Shown: positions 59,209 to 64,000 of the stretch, in pieces
How the letters are laid out: the number at the start of each line of letters is the position of its first letter
Position numbering within the stretch: the first letter of the stretch is position 1
NCBI GenBank assembly: GCA_036336835.1
Contig: JAYZFK010000062.1
Location: 219,822-283,821 of the forward strand
Length of the DNA: 64,000 nt
Origin: Myxococcota bacterium
Lineage (GTDB): Bacteria > Myxococcota_A > UBA9160 > UBA4427
Reading direction: 5' to 3'
Position numbers and translations under genes: made by a program
Notes under the pieces: model-generated
The model's input: only the letters and a program-made list of their open reading frames with translations
Databases searched by the model: none
What the model was told of the DNA's origin: nothing

Positions 59209-60348
59209 TCACGGATCCAGGACGACCAGATCGTCTCGGTGGATCACCTCTCCGCCGTTCGAATAGCCTAGCACTCGCTCGATCTCGCGCGTTGCGATCC
59301 CCTTGATCGCTGCGATCGCTTCGGCCGGGTAGGCGGCAAGTCCGCGCGCAAGCTCTCGGCCCGATTCGTCGACGCACGAGACCGCGTCGCCGATCTGGAA
59401 CCGACCCTTTACGTCCACCACGCCCGCCGGCAGCAGGCTCCGGCCGCGATCGATGAGCGCTCGTGCCGCACCCTGGTCGATCACGATGCTGCCCCGGACG
59501 CGCGCGGTAAACGCCAGCCAGTGCTTGCGACTCGCCATTCGCTGCTCGGGCTCGTCGGGCACGAAGAGCGTTCCGAGCTCCTCGCCGGTCGCCGCCCTCA
59601 GCAACGCGTTGCGCGTGTTGCCATTGCACACGATGGTGGCCGCGCCCGAGCGCCCTGCGCTCCTCGCCGCCTCGAGCTTGGTCAACATTCCGCCGCGGCC
59701 GAAGGCGTTGGTGGAGCCACTCGCTGCGGCCTCGATCCGTGGTGTCACGTGTTCGACCAGCTCGATCAGGGCTGGCGTGGGCTCGCCGTCACGCGGGGCG
59801 TGCTCGAACAGACCGTCTACGTCAGTCAGGATGACCAGGAGCTGCGCGCCGGTCAGGTTCACCAGGGTCGCCGACAGGCTGTCGTTGTCGCCGAACCGGA
59901 TCTCGTCCGTTGCGACGGTGTCGTTCTCGTTCACGATCGGAACCACGCCGAGTGCGATCAGTTGCTGCAGCGTGCGGCGCGCGTTGAGGAAGCGCTCGCG
60001 GTCCTCGAGACCGCTGCGCGTGAGCAGTACCTGGGCGACCTCGCGTCCGCGCTTGGTGAAGCGGCGCCGATACAGCTCCAGGAGCCCGATCTGGCCGACG
60101 GCGGCCGCCGCCTGCTTCTCCGGGATCGTGCGTCCAGGATGGTCCCAGCCCAGGCGATGGGCGCCGACGGCAATCGCGCCCGACGATACGATCACGACCT
60201 CCCGGCCCTGGTCGAGCAACATCGCGACCTGTCGTGCGAGGCTCGTGAACGCGGCAGGGCGTATCTCGCCACCGCGAGTGAGCGTGCTACTCCCGACCTT
60301 GACGACGATGCGCTTCGCCCGTTTGGCGTGTGTGACCCGCGCGCTCAT
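59209..60348 (-). CDS. proB: Glutamate 5-kinase with PUA domain
   Basis: VVKVGSS, NENDTV, FGDND and GGMLTK motifs. Confidence 0.96.
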   Translation of the reverse strand: MSARVTHAKRAKRIVVKVGSSTLTRGGEIRPAAFTSLARQVAMLLDQGREVVIVSSGAIAVGAHRLGWDHPGRTIPEKQAAAAVGQIGLLELYRRRFTKRGREVAQVLLTRSGLEDRERFLNARRTLQQLIALGVVPIVNENDTVATDEIRFGDNDSLSATLVNLTGAQLLVILTDVDGLFEHAPRDGEPTPALIELVEHVTPRIEAAASGSTNAFGRGGMLTKLEAARSAGRSGAATIVCNGNTRNALLRAATGEELGTLFVPDEPEQRMASRKHWLAFTARVRGSIVIDQGAARALIDRGRSLLPAGVVDVKGRFQIGDAVSCVDESGRELARGLAAYPAEAIAAIKGIATREIERVLGYSNGGEVIHRDDLVVLDP

Positions 60349-61391
60349 GCGCTCGCCTCGTCGAGGCAGCGAAGCATCGCGACGACGAGCTCGGACACTC
60401 CCTGGCCGGTGGAGCTCGAGATGCGAACCACCTCGCAGCCGCGCCCGCGCAACGCCCGCTCGGTGTCGCCGACGCGCCGCGCATCCGCCGCGTCGGTCAG
60501 CAGCTCCGTCTTGTTGATGGCCACGAGCTCGCGGCGCTCGAGCAGCTCCGGGCGGTAGCGACCGAGCTCAGCGCGAATCGCGTCGTAGTCGACGAGCAGG
60601 TTGCGCCCCTCCATCAGCATGGCCGCGACATCGAGCAGGTGGACCAGCACGCGGGTGCGCTCGATGTGGCGCAGGAAGCGGTCGCCGAGCCCCGTGCCTT
60701 CGCTTGCACCCTCGATCAGACCCGGCACGTCGGCTGCTACGAAGCGGCGATCGTCGAGCTCGACCACCCCGAGTGAGGGCACGAGCGTCGTAAAGGGATA
60801 GCTGGCGATCTTGGGCCGTGCCGCCGAAATGCGCGCGAGCAGTGTCGACTTGCCGGCGTTCGGGAAGCCGATGATCCCGACGTCGGCGAGCAACTTGAGC
60901 GAGAGCCGCAGCCGGAGGGTCGTTCCGGCCTGCCCGGGGTTCGCGAAGTCGGGCGTCTGACGGGTTGACGTCTTGAAGTGATCGTTGCCCCAGCCGCCGT
61001 TGCCGCCTCGGGCGGCAATGTACCGCTGTCCGTGCTCGGACAGGTCCGCAAGGACCTCGGGCTCCTCGGCCTCGCTGTCGGCGTTGAACACCAGCGTGCC
61101 GACCGGCACGTGGATCTTCTGGGTGCTCCCGCCGGCGCCGTACTTGCACTGTCCGGCCCCGTTTTCGCCTCGACCCGCGCGTAGCACTCTCAGGTGGCGA
61201 AAGGACTGCAGCGTGTTCAGCCCGCGGTCGCCGATCAGCACGATGTCGCCACCGCGTCCGCCGTCGCCGCCGTCGGGCCCGCCCTGCGCCACGAACTTCT
61301 CGCGTCGAAAGTGCACGCAGCCGTCTCCTCCGGCACCGGAGTGCACGGTGATCTCGGCTTCATCGACGAAGGTGTGCGCGCTATTGGTCAA
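60345..61391 (-). CDS. obgE: Obg family GTPase
   Basis: FVDEA, GGPDGGDGG, GFPNAGKS, YPFTT and DVPG motifs. Confidence 0.97.
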   Translation of the reverse strand: MTNSAHTFVDEAEITVHSGAGGDGCVHFRREKFVAQGGPDGGDGGRGGDIVLIGDRGLNTLQSFRHLRVLRAGRGENGAGQCKYGAGGSTQKIHVPVGTLVFNADSEAEEPEVLADLSEHGQRYIAARGGNGGWGNDHFKTSTRQTPDFANPGQAGTTLRLRLSLKLLADVGIIGFPNAGKSTLLARISAARPKIASYPFTTLVPSLGVVELDDRRFVAADVPGLIEGASEGTGLGDRFLRHIERTRVLVHLLDVAAMLMEGRNLLVDYDAIRAELGRYRPELLERRELVAINKTELLTDAADARRVGDTERALRGRGCEVVRISSSTGQGVSELVVAMLRCLDEASA

Positions 61392-61423
61392 GGGACGGAG
61401 CTCCGCCCCAGGAGGGACGCGTG

Positions 61424-61675
61424 TTATTCAGCTTCCACGTGAGCAACGGTGCGGTTGCGCGACTTGCCGTAGCGAACCTTGCCCTCGCGCAGCGCGAAGA
61501 GTGTGTAGTCCTTGCCGAGGCCCACTCCCCTGCCGGGATGGATCTTCGTGCCGACCTGGCGGACGAGGATCGCACCGGCCTTGACGGCCTGTCCGCCGAA
61601 CACCTTCACCCCGCGTCGTTGGCCGTTGCTGTCTCGACCATTGCGCGAGCTTCCCTGACCCTTCTTGTGCGACAT
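61424..61675 (-). CDS. rpmA: 50S ribosomal protein L27
   Basis: [16 protein letters not shown]. Confidence 0.97.
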   Translation of the reverse strand: MSHKKGQGSSRNGRDSNGQRRGVKVFGGQAVKAGAILVRQVGTKIHPGRGVGLGKDYTLFALREGKVRYGKSRNRTVAHVEAE

Positions 61676-61677
61676 GG

Positions 61678-61992
61678 CTAGGTGCCCTCGATCTTGTCGA
61701 CGCGAATCTCGGTGTAGTCCTGCCGGTGACCCTGCTTGCGTCGGTAGTTTTTCCGCCGTTTCAGCTTGAAGATCACGATCTTCGGCCCGCGCCCCTGAGC
61801 CATGATGGTACCGACGACCTTGGCGCCTTCGACGCGCGGGGTTCCGATCTTGACCGCGTCGGCGGATGTGAGCAGAACCTCGCCGAGCTCGATCGTGTCC
61901 CCGACCGCGCCCGGGAGCTTCTCGACCCGGAACGTCTGCTCGGGCGCGACCTTGTATTGTTTGCCACCCGTTCGGACTACGGCGTACATCAC
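61678..61992 (-). CDS. rplU: 50S ribosomal protein L21
   Basis: [14 protein letters not shown] ... GHRQ. Confidence 0.97.
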   Translation of the reverse strand: MMYAVVRTGGKQYKVAPEQTFRVEKLPGAVGDTIELGEVLLTSADAVKIGTPRVEGAKVVGTIMAQGRGPKIVIFKLKRRKNYRRKQGHRQDYTEIRVDKIEGT

Positions 61993-63827
61993 GAATCCTC
62001 GCTTGCGGGTTTCGTCGGAGAGCCCGGCAGTATCCGCGAATCCACTGACTCGTCAAGCGGTTGCGCTGGCTCCGCGGGCGGCTCGGTGGGCTGCTCCGGC
62101 GCGGCAAGGGAGGTGGAGGGCTCGGCTGGCGCCGCCTCCTCTCCGGGAGGCTCTGCGCCTTCCCCGCCCGCGGGGTCTTCGACGCCCGCTGGCTCGAGCC
62201 CAGGCGAGTCCTCGCCGCGGTCGGGGCCGGCCGCGGCGGCCGCCGGCGGCTCCTGTGGGGTCATCTCTTCCTCTGCGTCGTCCCTGTCCGGCTTGCGTTC
62301 GTCGAGCCAGTCGAGGGCGATCTCCACCGGCGGGCCCTGGTCGAGCGTCGAGATCTCGAACTGCTCCTGGTGCAGCCCGGGCCGCGCCCGCACCTCGATT
62401 TCCCGACCGAACTCCTCGGACAACAGCGCGAGCGGCTCCGACTCCGGACCGAGCAGCTGGTGCGCCACCTGGGACGACACGGTGACCGCGATCTTCCGCC
62501 CGCAGAAGGCCGGCATGTCCTTGCGGATTTGGCGCATCACCTTGAAGCCCACGCTCTCGGACGACAGCACGTAGCCGCGTCCTTCGCAGCTGCCACACGG
62601 CTCGCACAGCGCCTGGACCAGATTCTCGCGGGTGCGCTTACGCGTCATCTCGACCAGCCCGAGCTCGCTGATCTTGAGCACGTTGGTCTTGGCCTTGTCC
62701 TGCCGCGCGGCGTCTTGCAGCGCGCGATAGACCTTCTCGCGGTTCTCGCGCGACTCCATGTCGATCAGGTCGATGATGATCAGGCCGCCGATGTTGCGGA
62801 AGCGCAGCTGATGCACGACCTCCTTCACCGCCTCGAGATTGGTGCGGTAGACCGTCTCCTCGAGGTCGCGTTTGCCGACGTAGCGACCCGAGTTCACGTC
62901 GATTGCCGTCAGGGCCTCGCTCTGGTCGATCACGATTGAGCCGCCGCTCTTGAGAGGCACCTTGCGTTCGAGGTTCGCGTGGATCTGCGCCTCGAGGTCG
63001 AAATGGTCGAAGATCGGCGCCTTGCCCTGGTAGTGCTCGATCACGGGCTGCGGATCGGAGACGAAGCGTTTCGAGAACTCGAGCAGGTTCTCGTAGACCT
63101 GTTTGTCGTCGATCGCGATGCGCTTCGTGTCGGAGTTGGCGAAGTCGCGCAGCACCCGCTGAGGCAGGTCGGGTTCGGTGTAGAGCACGGAGGGTGCGGC
63201 GGCCCCCTCCGTCTTCTCCTGGATCTCGCTCCAGACCGTGGTCAGGTACTTGATGTCCGCTTCGAGGTCGGATTCCGTCAACCCATCACCCGCGGTGCGG
63301 ATGATGAAGCCGAGCTCGCGCGGCCGAAGCCGCTCGACAACTTCGCGCAGCCGCCGGCGCTCCCTGTCGGAGTCGATCCGGCGCGACACGCCGACGCGCG
63401 GCGACCACGGCGTGAGCACCAGATGCCGGCCGGCGATCGACACGTGCGAGGTGATGCGTGCGCCCTTCGTCCCGATCGGCTCCTTGGCGATCTGGACGAC
63501 GATCTCCTGTCCTTCGCTCAGCACCGTATCGATCGGCGGGGGCGGCTGGCGATCGCGGCCGCGACCGCGACCGCGGCCGCCGCTGCGGTTCTCGGGCGGC
63601 TCGTTGAAGTAGTCGCCGACATAGAGGAAGCCGGCCTTTTCGAGACCGATGTCGACGAAGGCCGCCTGCATCCCGGGCAGCACCCGCGACACTCGCGCTT
63701 TCACGACGTTGCCCACGACGTCCTTGGTGGCGGCTCGCTCGATGTGGAACTCAATGAACTGGGAGCGCTCGAGAAGTGCGACGCGCGTCTCGCCTCGCTC
63801 TGCGTTGACGATGATCTCGTTCTGCAT
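61989..63827 (-). CDS. rng: Rne/Rng family ribonuclease with acidic Pro-rich tail
   Basis: [41 protein letters not shown] and CxxC motifs. Confidence 0.94.
   Translation of the reverse strand: MQNEIIVNAERGETRVALLERSQFIEFHIERAATKDVVGNVVKARVSRVLPGMQAAFVDIGLEKAGFLYVGDYFNEPPENRSGGRGRGRGRDRQPPPPIDTVLSEGQEIVVQIAKEPIGTKGARITSHVSIAGRHLVLTPWSPRVGVSRRIDSDRERRRLREVVERLRPRELGFIIRTAGDGLTESDLEADIKYLTTVWSEIQEKTEGAAAPSVLYTEPDLPQRVLRDFANSDTKRIAIDDKQVYENLLEFSKRFVSDPQPVIEHYQGKAPIFDHFDLEAQIHANLERKVPLKSGGSIVIDQSEALTAIDVNSGRYVGKRDLEETVYRTNLEAVKEVVHQLRFRNIGGLIIIDLIDMESRENREKVYRALQDAARQDKAKTNVLKISELGLVEMTRKRTRENLVQALCEPCGSCEGRGYVLSSESVGFKVMRQIRKDMPAFCGRKIAVTVSSQVAHQLLGPESEPLALLSEEFGREIEVRARPGLHQEQFEISTLDQGPPVEIALDWLDERKPDRDDAEEEMTPQEPPAAAAAGPDRGEDSPGLEPAGVEDPAGGEGAEPPGEEAAPAEPSTSLAAPEQPTEPPAEPAQPLDESVDSRILPGSPTKPASEDS
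62029..62056 (-). promoter_or_regulatory. Putative internal sigma70 promoter for rplU within the RNase gene 3' end
   Basis: TTGACG-N16-GATACT about 35 bp upstream of rplU. Confidence 0.4.
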
Positions 63828-64000
63828 TCATGCCTCCCAGCGTGGGGCGACCGCGTACACACGTGGCGCCGACCATCGCCGGTTGGCGAGTCCGCTCGGG
63901 TCCAGAGATGTCGTGGGCCGGGCGCAGGACGGGGGGGGCGGGGGGGTCTACACGGGGCGGCGGGCCCGGGGCGGGCGCCCCCGCCCGCCCCGGTCCGCGG

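Noticed and set aside
61989..62300. Repetitive Pro/Glu/Ala-rich 3' part of the RNase gene and the RGRGRGR insert near 63560
   Set aside because: These are ordinary disordered regions of Rne/Rng proteins, not a DNA repeat element.
63880..64000. G/C homopolymer-rich tract that could form a G-quadruplex or RNase leader structure
   Set aside because: Low complexity at the window edge looks like poor-quality or contig-end sequence and cannot be interpreted.

Overview
This is a 64 kb, GC-rich (roughly 65-70% by eye), gene-dense bacterial chromosome segment. It is mostly core genome. Gene order (rng-rplU-rpmA-obgE-proBA-nadD-rsfS; argH-lptM-dapF-dapA-dapB; glnB-glnA) and several sigma54 promoters suggest a Myxococcota/deltaproteobacteria-like organism (inference). 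From left to right it carries: a truncated LLM/F420-type oxidoreductase; a 10-gene Mrp-type Na+/H+ antiporter operon without mrpA; BVMO, amidohydrolase and aldo-keto reductase genes; a beta-barrel + UbiA-like pair; a coupled tandem-dodecin/NTP-transferase/YgfZ/DUF2064 operon; glnB-glnA; lysine/arginine genes; PBP1b with a TPR lipoprotein and lspA; an IclR/acyl-CoA dehydrogenase/malic enzyme/atypical biotin carboxylase cluster; tatBC; peptidases; gshA; trxB; and the rng-to-comF operon. I saw no rRNA, tRNA, CRISPR array, transposase or prophage. The strongest candidates for something new are: (1) a sigma54/IHF-driven unit encoding a catalytically degenerate REC-AAA+-HATPase pseudo-activator, a PilZ protein and a structured 3' RNA; (2) kinase-less signalling proteins (REC-PAS-X and PAS-DHp-REC) flanking an unknown polytopic membrane protein, a ferredoxin and trxB; (3) a stand-alone Fis-type HTH gene divergent from glnB with NtrC-like sites; (4) a recurring leaderless-promoter signature that predicts an ATC start for the UbiA-like gene. 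All family calls come from motif recognition by eye; no database searches were run.
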